Below are positions 12,401 to 20,824 of a stretch of DNA of 64,000 nucleotides, piece after piece (the stretch's first letter is position 1; every line of letters begins with the position of its first letter). This DNA comes from a virus. The DNA is taken from IMG/VR virus record IMGVR_UViG_3300035681_000021, positions 2,412 to 66,411 of that record; one strand, given 5' to 3'. A program made the translations under genes and the position numbers. The notes beneath the pieces were generated by a model. The model did not search any database. It worked only from the letters and a program-made list of their open reading frames with translations, and was not told where the DNA came from.

Positions 12401-15400
12401 AAAGAAACGATTGATAAACTCAAAGAATTTGCAAAAAATGCAGACGGGTACATAGATGCGCCCTTTGAAAAACCTCTGTATAAAGGTAAACAATTCTATA
12501 ACTTGTACGACACAAACCCCGCAGCGCACGCTGTTTTGAGAGACTTTGAAGTGGCGTTGGGTAAGGGCGAAAAACCTTCTTTTAAAGAAATAATTGCAGA
12601 AATAAAAGTGGATGCCGCAAACACAATGAAAGTGTTTGAAATGGCTACAACCAGTCCAGATGAAAATTTTGTTTATAAGCGTAACAAACAAATATATGAA
12701 GATGCAGACAAGCTTAACCTTGATGACTTTAAGTATCGCTTAGTATCTGGCCCACCTGTGCCACAGCCTTCTGGCTACATGTTGCGCACGCTTCATACGC
12801 GTCCAGAGAATGAGTACATCCACTGGGATGACGCTGCGGATAGTCAACCACCAGTTGTGAAAGATGTGTTCAAGCGCATCTATGATTCTTTAGATAAAAC
12901 TCAGCAACAAAACTTTGATCGTTCGATTGGCACATCGCCAACTGATCGCCAAAACGGACAGCAGTTGTATGAAGCACTGAGCGCCGTTCTTGAAAAAGGC
13001 GGTATGCCCAGCGAGTTGTCTGACCGGTTTGCGTCCGAGATGCTTCACGCTGAAGGTATTGCGGGCATTAAGTTTTTTGACAACCGTTCCAGAACCAAAA
13101 AAGAAGGCACGTTTAACTACGTTGACTTTGGCGACAAAGATGAAGGTGCGCAGATCATTGCCACTGACATCAACCCAATCAATCGTACAAACCCTCCGGC
13201 GGGAGATATGCTGTTCTCGCGTTCAGAAGAGTTCACAAATCCTGAACTTGCCAAACAGGGTGAATTTATTAAGAAAATTGTGGCTACAGACAAAACGTTG
13301 TGGCAAAAAATAAAAGCCAACTTAACAGGTTTGGCTTTTGAGACACAGCTTGTGGATAGGTTTGCAGGCTTTGAGCGTTTGGCCAAATACATGGATGAGG
13401 TCAAGGGAACGCAGATGCTGTATTACTTGCGCATGTACGACCAGCGCATGAACTTTGTGTCCCAAGCAGTATCCAACGGCGCACCGGCAATCGTGGAAAA
13501 GACAAGAGCTGACGGCAAGATTGAGCGCTTGCTTGAGAGCAAAGAGAGCGCCAACATACACAACGTTGTGCAAATTCTGAAAGATGCGCAGCCTATGGTT
13601 GGCAATGCGGAAGCGGTAAACCGTGTGTTTACTTTGTACATGGCGGCTATCCGTGCAGACAACAAAGGTTTGGCTTCGTTGAACTTTGGTGAAGACGTTA
13701 CACAAGCGTTGCTTGATAAAACTATGGCCGCCGTCAAAAACACCCCCGGCTTAGAAAAAGTTTTGAAGCAAGCAAAAGACGAGTACAACGAGTACAACCG
13801 CAACTTAATTGAGTTTGTTGTCAGCACTGGCGCACTGTCAAAAGAAGTTGGTAAACGTTTGGTTAGAGAAAACGACTACATACCCTTCTATCGTGAACGC
13901 AACGGCGTAGCCGAACTTTTAATTGGTGGCGAGTCTCCTATCCGCATTGGTAGTATTGCCGAACAGCCATATCTGCATGAGCTTGTTGGCGGCGACAGGC
14001 CGATTCTTGACTTCATGACAAGCTCGGTGCAAAACACCAACTTGTTGATGGACATGGGTATGCGCAATCTGGCTACCAAGAACGCTGTGTTTGAGTTGGT
14101 TGATCTCAAAGCTGCTAAGTTTGTGAAGATGTCTGCTGGCCCTGACGTTGTTAAATTCCGCGATGATGGTGAAGATCGTTACGCTGTTATTGCTACCGAA
14201 AAGGTCAAGATTGGCAACAAGGAGTTTGATACCGGCGTACCCGCCGACATACTGGTCAAAGGCATGGAGGGCATCCCCACACAGATGCCAGCAATGTTGC
14301 GCGTCATGGCTTTCCCAGCACAGATATTGCGCAAAGCTATTACCCTCAGCCCTTTGTACACAGCCAAACAATTGTTCCGTGACTCCTTGGCCGCGCCTAT
14401 TCTTTCTGGCGCAGACTTTATGCCTGTCATTGGTGCGTTGAAAGAAATTAACTCCGCTACCAAAAAGACACTTGAGCGCCGCGGTGTTACCGGAGGCCAG
14501 CAGTTTGTTGGTGGCGCTGAAGACTTGACCAAGATTCTGCGTGATGTGTCTGAAGGTAAGCCGGGCTGGATGACAGCACTTGGCAAGCTTGAAGCCATGA
14601 GCATGGAGGCAGATGCCACAACCCGCCGTGCGCAGTACAACAGCTACCTTGAGCAAGGTCTGTCTGAGATGGAGGCAACGTTGTTGGCGCTGGAGTCCAT
14701 GAACTTTAACAAGCGCGGCGCGTCACCCTCAATCCATGTGGCCAACTCCCTGATACCTTTCTTCAACGCACAGATTCAAGGTCTGAACGTGTTGTACAAA
14801 GCGTCTATGGGTAAGATGCCATTCAACGATCAGTTGCGTATTCGTGAAAAAATGATGCAGCGTGGTGCCATGATGGCTGTTGCCAGCCTCGCCTACGTCG
14901 CCATAATGGAGGACGACGAAGCGTACAAGAACGCAACGCCCGATCAGAAATACGGCAACTGGTTTATCCGTGTGCCGGGTTTAGACGAACCCATCAAACT
15001 GCCTGTGCCTTTTGAAATTGGCTACATCTTCAAAGCGTTGCCCGAGGCGTTGTACAACAGCATGGTCAGTGAGCACGGTGGTGAGGAAGCAGTCAAAGCT
15101 TTCAAACAAATCCTTCTCCAGACAATTCCCGGTGGCTCGTCTTACGGCATCCCACAGATCATGAAACCCGCCATCGAGGCAGGGCTTGGCAAGTCGTTCT
15201 ACACAGGTCGGGACATCTTGTCTGCGCGGGAGAAAGAGCTGTTGCCCGAAGAACAGTTCCGCGCCAACACATCCGAGCTGGCCAAAGGTATCGGTAAAGC
15301 ATTTGGCATATCCCCAATTGTGTTTGAACAACTTGTCAGCGGCTACACCGGCACTATGGGGCTTGCGTTCATGCACGCACTGAGTGTGGCCGCGCCTACG

Positions 15401-15808
15401 GATGAGAGTCCTGAGAAAGCCGTTAAACGTTTGTCGGAGTACCCAATTCTTGGCGGTGCGTTCCAACCAAACGACGCTGGTGGCATCATCAACAGCGTGT
15501 ATGAGCGCATGAATGAAAACATCAAAGTCAAGCAGTCGTTCGACAAGATGGTTGAAGAAGGACGCATGTCGGAAGCCAAGGCGTTGTTGCAAAGACGAGG
15601 TAACGAGTACTTGCAGGCGGAAATGGCGTACAGCTTTAAGAGCGACATGAACAAACTCACTCAGGCTGAACGGGCGATTGCGGCATCAAACATGTCACCT
15701 GAAGCCAAGCGTGAGCAGCTTGATAAAATCAGGAAGATAAAGATCGCCGTTGCTCAAACGGTGAGAGAGGTTTCCGATAAAACCATACGCCTAGCAACCC
15801 CTTTCTGA
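6452..15808 (+). CDS. Large polyvalent virion protein (zincin-like metallopeptidase, ADP-ribosyltransferase-like domain, LPD38-like C-terminus)
   Basis: 3118-aa ORF; LLHEVGVH...DELLAYAVE; WHGT...GEGAQAFGYGTY...GIKFFD...NYVDF; C-terminal IPFFNAQIQG...LPVPFEIG...IEAGLGKSFYTGRDI. Confidence 0.75.
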   Translation: MPIYSVQGPDGRIYDVEGPAGASEQDIIAAVRRQLTPQQPKKPQETTFGGQTKEFFKGLVPGAIGLVEQAGTGISALLPEEQEKATQQYIKEVAATAKAPFAAAPGYEDTVGRKFGEATGSIAPFLATGPFGLAGRVAGYGLGIGAGAGTQVEKSAAEGATEGQQTASTALGAVVGASEMFAPTRILKRLGEPVLEGATSYVKRALMAGGEEAAQEAAAQAAQNIISKGIYKPEQQIIEQVGESAAYGGAVGALAQGLLDLAIGRRAPTTPLTDEVKQAREEAAAQAEQEKIRLNSPEYAQEVFQKTQELEAQRTALKQQLIPIRKGESPETDYAHNREINRQIEAINKELKPLAEEYVRVKPILKRAEEEARVAKLTPYEYALGMEPEEIGQAPAEPELYEQQIAAPPAAPKAGDAAARYAAESIQLANEQQLSSEKSPKDAEADYVKYLMRNPNLAEEIEKGRLQLPGLPTGVRNSAVLDALKLQLAPMRKEKATAERTAFEQEMGTRKTAFGVTKPEKETPEIQAFTSYMDDLKSQRDDVGDDMFFKYMVEPKLEKISEGKPPVIAVNPQLMPFANIKLAERSREKINSLFDEIDQANKDRDVALRSNNQDAATAAFERGNQALEQLNAFTEPTPAGELTKGRFPSAKVSPQASVYAKEVLRVRNEQNTALNTIEDKIDRLRRGETLGKNEMAATSPAILAKQAEEARGKYISAVLEEAAIHRRVAGKPALTYDEAIKASSRIHDVVGEWLNRAQATPVAPEFEEVVVQPAQMRANKLVRGAVTKRVLKTRDLATTPLNEIARLSDKEIKHFKAQIAKVVDSLSQLPSQVSRETPVLKQQFASTEAQKVAEAKGETAKTLGGELRRRTEFVRNLMAKPPLKPLTEETRKTLNLKLLDRAVDIMDSGKASRGLLDAVEPIVTNLAEGREVLSQDIQALDDAIKLYERTAQEGEIAGEGAAGQGQLFPETRKDIGYIRATPANFAKSPQIKPVWEALDQARKLKAKTEANQKARSVRDKQGFAQVEAIEEQLEAIKNQMQFFLLKPGDFNIGKYSNADIAKMFASYPEAGVTKEDKLLMDRYLQVSRQSIGKTAEQKEQAMSVFTEEEKQKVNRLIQDFNASKIPEYEKNVKQALQALSLGQRLESTNNRLVELMQDNNAAVRKQSEAARKIVEPLLDKLKLIKDSLRNSVLLTDGQRAMLDSEIALQAQRGAYKDAMAKAMGKARQRLSDTLGELLDPEIERARRALKAAKTRLATVESQIEAAKKEMTEGTGQAPNLINNLQKVQGLVENIEKAETELADLQEARFGEIENDVVVTEAMLDKDLKSEREYLELLERQLADMRKESLTAVELGGRGELGKLKYPFSAQRLETQVKTQQAAVDEAQKRANEFQKDVEVWWPKVTAAFKKDGISIKDLPGAVFKKGRKVADISTPEQKRLDDLRDKGVQAAKEVDEAAVLQRVKDKQIEMFDDEIFDARGEVQSFMGPENMEQLADIMADPKTTNVKRVQATLKLGAMQKLASLEAQKEVFLTGKPAPTPKAATVPSTSALAAAKPFRTGSGVAKAFTPAEMDEMARADIRDANELAKKILGTKAPQLKEPSKRKQGKLLDPNMGLFDDFEFSRGTPVKGLTKAELEAELTAGMGEPVTGRNVEKQIADKLAVYEDLDDYLSKFKPASRDWYKGQIPKDAKGFVQDGKAVLFANNIGKGHGLGVLLHEVGVHLGFRNFFNEGQYNALVKTVKNWATKTDDSMEARVGKAAMRRVEAAQTPENQIDDELLAYAVEEAMQMGVEPVGVKGGNAVKNWLKMVVDGFKKALEKFGISAKNLTAGDLVNFAYGAAHLELKGTWHGTGVKFDMFDHTYMSSGEGAQAFGYGTYRAQRYGTADYYRDVAQGSQLKKWLERPDVQAWRASQRPELIRKAPDVVPDWMLENAIEEAANPYAGISPHMMFTDSIERQIKELKDLRSDPNMQDVGFGIQTDKEFKETIDKLKEFAKNADGYIDAPFEKPLYKGKQFYNLYDTNPAAHAVLRDFEVALGKGEKPSFKEIIAEIKVDAANTMKVFEMATTSPDENFVYKRNKQIYEDADKLNLDDFKYRLVSGPPVPQPSGYMLRTLHTRPENEYIHWDDAADSQPPVVKDVFKRIYDSLDKTQQQNFDRSIGTSPTDRQNGQQLYEALSAVLEKGGMPSELSDRFASEMLHAEGIAGIKFFDNRSRTKKEGTFNYVDFGDKDEGAQIIATDINPINRTNPPAGDMLFSRSEEFTNPELAKQGEFIKKIVATDKTLWQKIKANLTGLAFETQLVDRFAGFERLAKYMDEVKGTQMLYYLRMYDQRMNFVSQAVSNGAPAIVEKTRADGKIERLLESKESANIHNVVQILKDAQPMVGNAEAVNRVFTLYMAAIRADNKGLASLNFGEDVTQALLDKTMAAVKNTPGLEKVLKQAKDEYNEYNRNLIEFVVSTGALSKEVGKRLVRENDYIPFYRERNGVAELLIGGESPIRIGSIAEQPYLHELVGGDRPILDFMTSSVQNTNLLMDMGMRNLATKNAVFELVDLKAAKFVKMSAGPDVVKFRDDGEDRYAVIATEKVKIGNKEFDTGVPADILVKGMEGIPTQMPAMLRVMAFPAQILRKAITLSPLYTAKQLFRDSLAAPILSGADFMPVIGALKEINSATKKTLERRGVTGGQQFVGGAEDLTKILRDVSEGKPGWMTALGKLEAMSMEADATTRRAQYNSYLEQGLSEMEATLLALESMNFNKRGASPSIHVANSLIPFFNAQIQGLNVLYKASMGKMPFNDQLRIREKMMQRGAMMAVASLAYVAIMEDDEAYKNATPDQKYGNWFIRVPGLDEPIKLPVPFEIGYIFKALPEALYNSMVSEHGGEEAVKAFKQILLQTIPGGSSYGIPQIMKPAIEAGLGKSFYTGRDILSAREKELLPEEQFRANTSELAKGIGKAFGISPIVFEQLVSGYTGTMGLAFMHALSVAAPTDESPEKAVKRLSEYPILGGAFQPNDAGGIINSVYERMNENIKVKQSFDKMVEEGRMSEAKALLQRRGNEYLQAEMAYSFKSDMNKLTQAERAIAASNMSPEAKREQLDKIRKIKIAVAQTVREVSDKTIRLATPF

Positions 15809-15947
15809 TGCCAACAAAAGCTTGGGTGCGGTACTTGTAGGGAATTGAGGCGCGTAGCCCCAATTCCTTTACTTTCTCAACATCTAAACCGGGAACAAAA
15901 AACCCCTCCCCCGGTTTAAGTGTCGCCCACGGATAGATTGTTTCCAT
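15729..15947 (-). CDS. Small hypothetical protein (YPW-x3-KPGEGFFVP)
   Basis: 72 aa following the primase in the leftward arm; overlaps the 3' end of the giant gene on the opposite strand. Confidence 0.55.
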   Translation of the reverse strand: METIYPWATLKPGEGFFVPGLDVEKVKELGLRASIPYKYRTQAFVGIRKGLLGVWFYRKPLSPFEQRRSLSS

Positions 15948-18825
15948 TGAACTGTTCTTCCTCAAAAGTTATGTGCATAGCGTTGACACGCATGGACGGG
16001 CCGTTGGTCTTGCCCAGCATATCTTTCTTGGAATACTTAACGCGGAACATCTTCTCCATCTGCTTCTTGAAGTCGTCGTAGCTGAAACTCATGCTGACGC
16101 AGTGCTTCCTGAGAAGCTGTTCCTCAATGTAGTACTCCCTGAACCCCTCCGCAAGCGTCCCGTGCTCAACACGCCCAAGTACTTTTGATCGGGTGAGTGA
16201 CTTGTCAACAGCCTCACCATCCCCCCATGCAGCCATAAGGCGGCCTTCAGCTTTCTTGATAATGATGAAGCTTCCGTAGTTGTCTCCGGTGTAGGCATTC
16301 AACACATCCTCAGCGGTGCGCACACTGCCACGGATAATTCCACGGGCTTTCTCAACAATGACTCTGAGAGCGTCAATGACTTTCTGAACCTCTACATCAA
16401 TGATATTGGCGTAGTCTCTGCGAAGAAGCACAGCAGCCGCAACAATAACGGTGCAGCCAGCATGCCAGTAGCGTTCGTCGTCGTCAAAGTTCAATACCTT
16501 TTTCAAGTGTTTGTGTGTTTTCTTCACAACCTGTTCTGCTATGTGCTGGTTCTTTGTAAGCCATCTAATCCACGCTTCACCAGCTACGCCGTAGTTGTGT
16601 TTCATCTGCAACAAAATTTCACGTTCTTGCGGAGTCCATTCCAACTTAATGTTTGGATTCCATTCCAACATACGCAAAAGCTCACCGTTTGAACTGAACT
16701 TCCTTGCCCCTGCCATGTAGTCTGTCAGGCTTTCGTTGGAAGTCATGGTGCAGGTTGTCTTCCATGTCGTGTTGTTGATGCGTTCCTTGTTCGCACCGGA
16801 CTCCATACGCTCCTTGCCCTGCGCTTCAGCAAAGTCAAAGATAAACGTTGGTGCCCATTCCATGTTGGCGCGTTGAGTATTTGTTATCTCATCAATCAGG
16901 AGCGGCATGCTGTTGAGCAGACCCGCACGTTGCTGCATCGCAACCGGAGATGTGCCCTTGCCTGTCCTGTACCGCAGTGGGTGTCCCCAAACGCCAGCCT
17001 TCGCACTCAGAACCAGTGACTTACCAGTACCAGAATGGCGTGAGCCGATGTGCCACACGAAGCCCTCATACTCAGTGAACCGCATCAAGGGCGAACCGAA
17101 CGAGTCCAGACACACAGCTAACGCCGTTTCCATGTTTGGTTTGTTGACGAATATGGTCTGCCACAACTCACGCCACTTATCGATACTGCCAGCCCCAGAT
17201 GTATTGCGGTTGATGTTCTCAAGGCCGGGCATCGGGACGCGGGTCTCTCCACCATCTTTACTGAACACGCGGTGGTTGTAAACAAAGCTGTCGTTCTCTT
17301 GCCAGCCACATTGGTACGGGACAACAATCGGTTTCTTGGACTGCGATGCCTCGCCTACACAGGCGCGGACATACTCATAGAGCTGTTTATCGAAGCCCGC
17401 AAATGTGCACACGATGTTTTGACTAGCTAACCATTTGAGCGTCTCGTCTTTGCTCACGATTGATTTCTGCGGGAAGTTAAGTGTAAACACACCTTCTGGA
17501 CGCACAGCGGCCATGTGAACCAGATGGTCGTCCTCCATCTTGAGCAGGTCAACCACAAACAAGTCGTACGGAACAAGCTGAACAGTCTTCTTGGATTTCT
17601 TGCCGTCCTCATCTTCTTCTGTCTTGACAAAGTACACGCCGCCGTTCTCGCCGTAGCTGTAACCGCGTGGTGGCAATGGGCGTTTAACTGCATCAATGTG
17701 TTCTGGGGCGTCGCCGTCTTCTGCATCCTCAAGCGCAAAGAACTCTTCTTCAACAAAGTCTTCGCTTACAGTGGTCATCGGGATGACCTTCTCTGTGTTG
17801 TCAGCTCTGATCTCACGCCCAAGAATCAACGGGTTTGTGATCTTCCCCCAGTGCGGACACGCGGTACAGATGCCGGGGTTCAGAGAGTCCATTGCCGCGC
17901 AGGAGTACGGCCCTTTTATCTCAGCCAGCTTCTGATTCATCCTGTCCGACGTGTATGGGTGCAACTCAGACAGCCACACAGCTTTCTCAACGCCATCATC
18001 ACAGACCTTCGCCCACGACAGCAACGCTCTCCAGATAGGTTCTTTGCCGTCCTCTTGGGCGGTGGCGACATAGTCAGCAATCTGGGCGCAGTGCGGTTGG
18101 AACTCATCAAAGATTGTGCGGCTGTTCTGCATCATCTTTACTTGAGCGGCAGTCTTGGCATTCTTCGGCCTCGCCCCCGGCAACATGATAGGGTCAGGTT
18201 GCAGCACTGCTTTTTCTTTTAGGTTGGTGTTGATGACTTCAGCAAACGCATCGAAGTCAAACAGGTCGCCTTCCATCAACAGCTTTACATGAAGCGGTAC
18301 GGCATACTTCTTCTTGTGGTTCATAGTGCCCGGCACACGCATCAACCGCGCCGCATCTGCGGTGACATTCATGTCGATGACCATGCCTTCTTGCTTGCAC
18401 AGGAGTTTTATGTTCTGCGCAACAGGTCGCCATTCAGCAATCGTCATGTCGCGTGTGATCGGCCAGTAGCAGTGAAGCCCACCACCAGAACCAACAATCC
18501 ACGGCTTGCCGAGCTTGTCCAGCCCGACCTTGACCATGAATGCGTCCAGCGCCAGCACAGCTTCTTTTTTTGATGCGTAACCATCCAAGTCAACAAAGAA
18601 AGACTTTATGTGCGTGGCTTTGTCAGCCTCACGCTTGTTGCCGTTGAAACAAGAGACCGCATAGAAGATGTCGCAATGGTCAGCGTTCCAACTGTCTATG
18701 TGGGGTTGCAGTTCCTCAATTGTGTCCTTGAACACATGTTGTTTTTTTCTTGTGAGTTCTACCGCACAGTACGAGCCTAAACCCGAAGACGGCAAAACCA
18801 CCGCTAGGAACTCGAGCGGAGTCAT
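15916..18825 (-). CDS. Primase-helicase (N-terminal primase, DUF927-type SF3 helicase)
   Basis: FFVDLD, SGGGLHCYW and RLMRVPGT primase motifs; Walker A SGTGKS; Walker B LLIDE. Confidence 0.85.
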   Translation of the reverse strand: MTPLEFLAVVLPSSGLGSYCAVELTRKKQHVFKDTIEELQPHIDSWNADHCDIFYAVSCFNGNKREADKATHIKSFFVDLDGYASKKEAVLALDAFMVKVGLDKLGKPWIVGSGGGLHCYWPITRDMTIAEWRPVAQNIKLLCKQEGMVIDMNVTADAARLMRVPGTMNHKKKYAVPLHVKLLMEGDLFDFDAFAEVINTNLKEKAVLQPDPIMLPGARPKNAKTAAQVKMMQNSRTIFDEFQPHCAQIADYVATAQEDGKEPIWRALLSWAKVCDDGVEKAVWLSELHPYTSDRMNQKLAEIKGPYSCAAMDSLNPGICTACPHWGKITNPLILGREIRADNTEKVIPMTTVSEDFVEEEFFALEDAEDGDAPEHIDAVKRPLPPRGYSYGENGGVYFVKTEEDEDGKKSKKTVQLVPYDLFVVDLLKMEDDHLVHMAAVRPEGVFTLNFPQKSIVSKDETLKWLASQNIVCTFAGFDKQLYEYVRACVGEASQSKKPIVVPYQCGWQENDSFVYNHRVFSKDGGETRVPMPGLENINRNTSGAGSIDKWRELWQTIFVNKPNMETALAVCLDSFGSPLMRFTEYEGFVWHIGSRHSGTGKSLVLSAKAGVWGHPLRYRTGKGTSPVAMQQRAGLLNSMPLLIDEITNTQRANMEWAPTFIFDFAEAQGKERMESGANKERINNTTWKTTCTMTSNESLTDYMAGARKFSSNGELLRMLEWNPNIKLEWTPQEREILLQMKHNYGVAGEAWIRWLTKNQHIAEQVVKKTHKHLKKVLNFDDDERYWHAGCTVIVAAAVLLRRDYANIIDVEVQKVIDALRVIVEKARGIIRGSVRTAEDVLNAYTGDNYGSFIIIKKAEGRLMAAWGDGEAVDKSLTRSKVLGRVEHGTLAEGFREYYIEEQLLRKHCVSMSFSYDDFKKQMEKMFRVKYSKKDMLGKTNGPSMRVNAMHITFEEEQFNGNNLSVGDT

Positions 18826-18839
18826 GTCTATCCTTTGGT

Positions 18840-19049
18840 TTATTTGAAGTCGTCGTTTGCGTGTTCTACGCCTTGCTCAAAACCTTCTTCAAACCCATCT
18901 TGGAAGATTTTCTCGCGGGCATCAATCAAGTCAGCCAAGCGTTCAACAAGTGTCTCAACCCATTCAGGCGTGACTTTGTCGAAACCAATAATGTATGTGT
19001 AACGTAGAAGTTCGTTGTTGCTCAGTTGTTTAGGTTGAACGCCTTGCAT
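18840..19049 (-). CDS. Hypothetical protein
   Basis: RBS GGAG before the ATG at 19049; packed in operon. Confidence 0.6.
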   Translation of the reverse strand: MQGVQPKQLSNNELLRYTYIIGFDKVTPEWVETLVERLADLIDAREKIFQDGFEEGFEQGVEHANDDFK

Positions 19050-19300
19050 GTTTTTCTCCAAGCCTCATCGGCTGTGCTTGATGTTTGTAGAATTTTGAGA
19101 AGTGAGCTTGCCGCTGGCCGGTAAGCTACAAACACTTCACCACCACCGAACCAGTTGTAAACAGATTGGCGTGAAACGCCAAGTGCTTGAGAGATTCGTA
19201 CGACAGAGAAGTTGTGGTGAACAGCCCAGCGCCCCAGTTGGTTACCCAACGTCTTAGGCGCTTTCATGACCATGTTTATTGTTTGTTGTGAGTAAGCCAT
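19022..19300 (-). CDS. Cro/XRE-like helix-turn-helix regulator
   Basis: SVVRISQALGVSRQSVYNWF HTH; start reassigned to MAYSQQ. Confidence 0.75.
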   Translation of the reverse strand: MAYSQQTINMVMKAPKTLGNQLGRWAVHHNFSVVRISQALGVSRQSVYNWFGGGEVFVAYRPAASSLLKILQTSSTADEAWRKTCKAFNLNN

Positions 19301-19328
19301 ATTGTGAGGGGCCGAAGCCCCGTCCTCC

Positions 19329-20288
19329 TCAGTTTTCTTCCCAGTCGTCAACCATCGCCGCCAAGTTTGATTTCTTGACAGGCACGGAACTCGGTTTCTT
19401 CTCTTCCTTACGCACAGTAGGCTCTTCGCTTTCTTCCTCTGCGACAGGCGCGGCTTTGGCTTTCTTTGCCTTGGGTGGGGGTGCTGGGGGTTCTTCTTCC
19501 TCAGTTTCTTCAACCGCGACAGGACGCTTACCAGCAATAGCCAGAGGCGCTGGGGCAGACACGGTAGTCTGCTTGGGCATTGTCATTGCAACAGCGCGTT
19601 TGGCTTCTGCGGACTCAGCCTTGACAGAGATTGTTTCGTACTCGTCTTCGTTCAACCAACGCATCTCTTTGAAGAACAGCTTGGGGCTTTCCGACTTTGT
19701 ATCGAACTTCAAGCGTGTCACGACCAAGCTGGGGTCAATTGGTTCTTGTTGCGCCATCAACCACTTGATGTACGCCTGTAATGGGCGATTCTCGCCTTCG
19801 CCATCACCAAAGATTGATTTGGCTGGCAGAGTCAACTGAAGAATGTCGCCTTCCATGTCGTTGGCCAACACTACAGCAACGCGTTGCTGGTAGCGGCATG
19901 CGCGGCTGTTACCCAGACCAGACCCTGCAATATTCTGTGGGCAGTCTTTGCAACTGGAGTGCTGCTTGTTGCCAGCATCAATAGATGGGGTCTTACCATC
20001 AGCAGACCAGCAGTCAGGCGCAGATACTTCACCATCGTATGCCTTGGCATAAAACACGCGTCCGATTTCAGGCGCGGCGGCAACGAACACAACGTCCAGA
20101 TAGCGCTCTTCGATTGAGGCAATTTCTTTGCCGCCGCTGTACAAGCGGAACACGCCGCCCTTGATTGAGATACGCTTGGTGGTATCTACGTTGTTGCCAG
20201 CCAAAGCTTTGGCTACTGAGGACAAGCCCTCACGATTCTTTGCAAACGCTGGTACGTTTGCTTTGTTAAAAAGCGTCACATTGGTCAT
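19329..20288 (-). CDS. Single-stranded DNA-binding/annealing protein
   Basis: RISIKGGVF, PDCWS, CxxCP...C motifs; acidic tail ending DDWEEN; replication context. Confidence 0.6.
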   Translation of the reverse strand: MTNVTLFNKANVPAFAKNREGLSSVAKALAGNNVDTTKRISIKGGVFRLYSGGKEIASIEERYLDVVFVAAAPEIGRVFYAKAYDGEVSAPDCWSADGKTPSIDAGNKQHSSCKDCPQNIAGSGLGNSRACRYQQRVAVVLANDMEGDILQLTLPAKSIFGDGEGENRPLQAYIKWLMAQQEPIDPSLVVTRLKFDTKSESPKLFFKEMRWLNEDEYETISVKAESAEAKRAVAMTMPKQTTVSAPAPLAIAGKRPVAVEETEEEEPPAPPPKAKKAKAAPVAEEESEEPTVRKEEKKPSSVPVKKSNLAAMVDDWEEN

Positions 20289-20304
20289 GTGATATTTCTC
20301 CTGA

Positions 20305-20754
20305 TTACTTGGTTGGTTTGCGAACAGAGATTGCGTACTCAGTCAATGAGTTCAATCCGGGTGGTACGAGGCCGGGGTTATCTTCAAGGAATGTTGCCAT
20401 ATTGGTCTGCGCAATACGCTTCTCCAACAAATCAACGGCTTCGTGTTGAAGCACGAATGTCTTGAATGAATCCCAGTCTTGTGTGTTGTAGCGTGTCTTT
20501 GTGGACAACACTACAGTGCCTTGGTCAGTGCGCACAGAGGACACGCCCAGTGCAAGCATCTGATCTTTGAGGGCAATCTTCACGGTGTCTTGCTGCCGTT
20601 TGATTTCCTCAACTTCGTTTTCGTACGCTTGAGTCAGCTCTTGAATTCGAGCCGCCATCTTACGGTACACCTTTGCCAACTTGTCCATTGGGACAGTGGC
20701 CAATTCATTGCTCTCCTCTTGCGGGGGAGCGTCATCATCGACTGTTGCAGTCAT
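20305..20754 (-). CDS. Conserved phage replication-module protein
   Basis: Coiled coil then SVRTDQGTV...DWDSF...PPGL; strong RBS. Confidence 0.6.
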   Translation of the reverse strand: MTATVDDDAPPQEESNELATVPMDKLAKVYRKMAARIQELTQAYENEVEEIKRQQDTVKIALKDQMLALGVSSVRTDQGTVVLSTKTRYNTQDWDSFKTFVLQHEAVDLLEKRIAQTNMATFLEDNPGLVPPGLNSLTEYAISVRKPTK

Positions 20755-20772
20755 TTGCTTCTCCTGTTTTTT

Positions 20773-20788
20773 TGTCTAACGTTTAACA
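20773..20788. promoter_or_regulatory. 16-bp operator-like palindrome next to a leftward -10 (TATGAT)
   Basis: TGTCTAACGTTTAACA; related copies at 33504 and 39136. Confidence 0.5.
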
Positions 20789-20824
20789 TCATACACGGAA
20801 CAAAACCAAACACAACTCCTTTCT

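Noticed and set aside
19301-19537. N-terminal extension of the 171-aa HTH ORF
   Set aside because: Overlaps the SSB gene in another frame; a better start with SD is at 19300
19555-19572. GCAGAC-N6-GTCTGC as a sixth palindrome copy
   Set aside because: Wrong spacer length, lacks the AACT/AGTT ends, and lies in coding sequence
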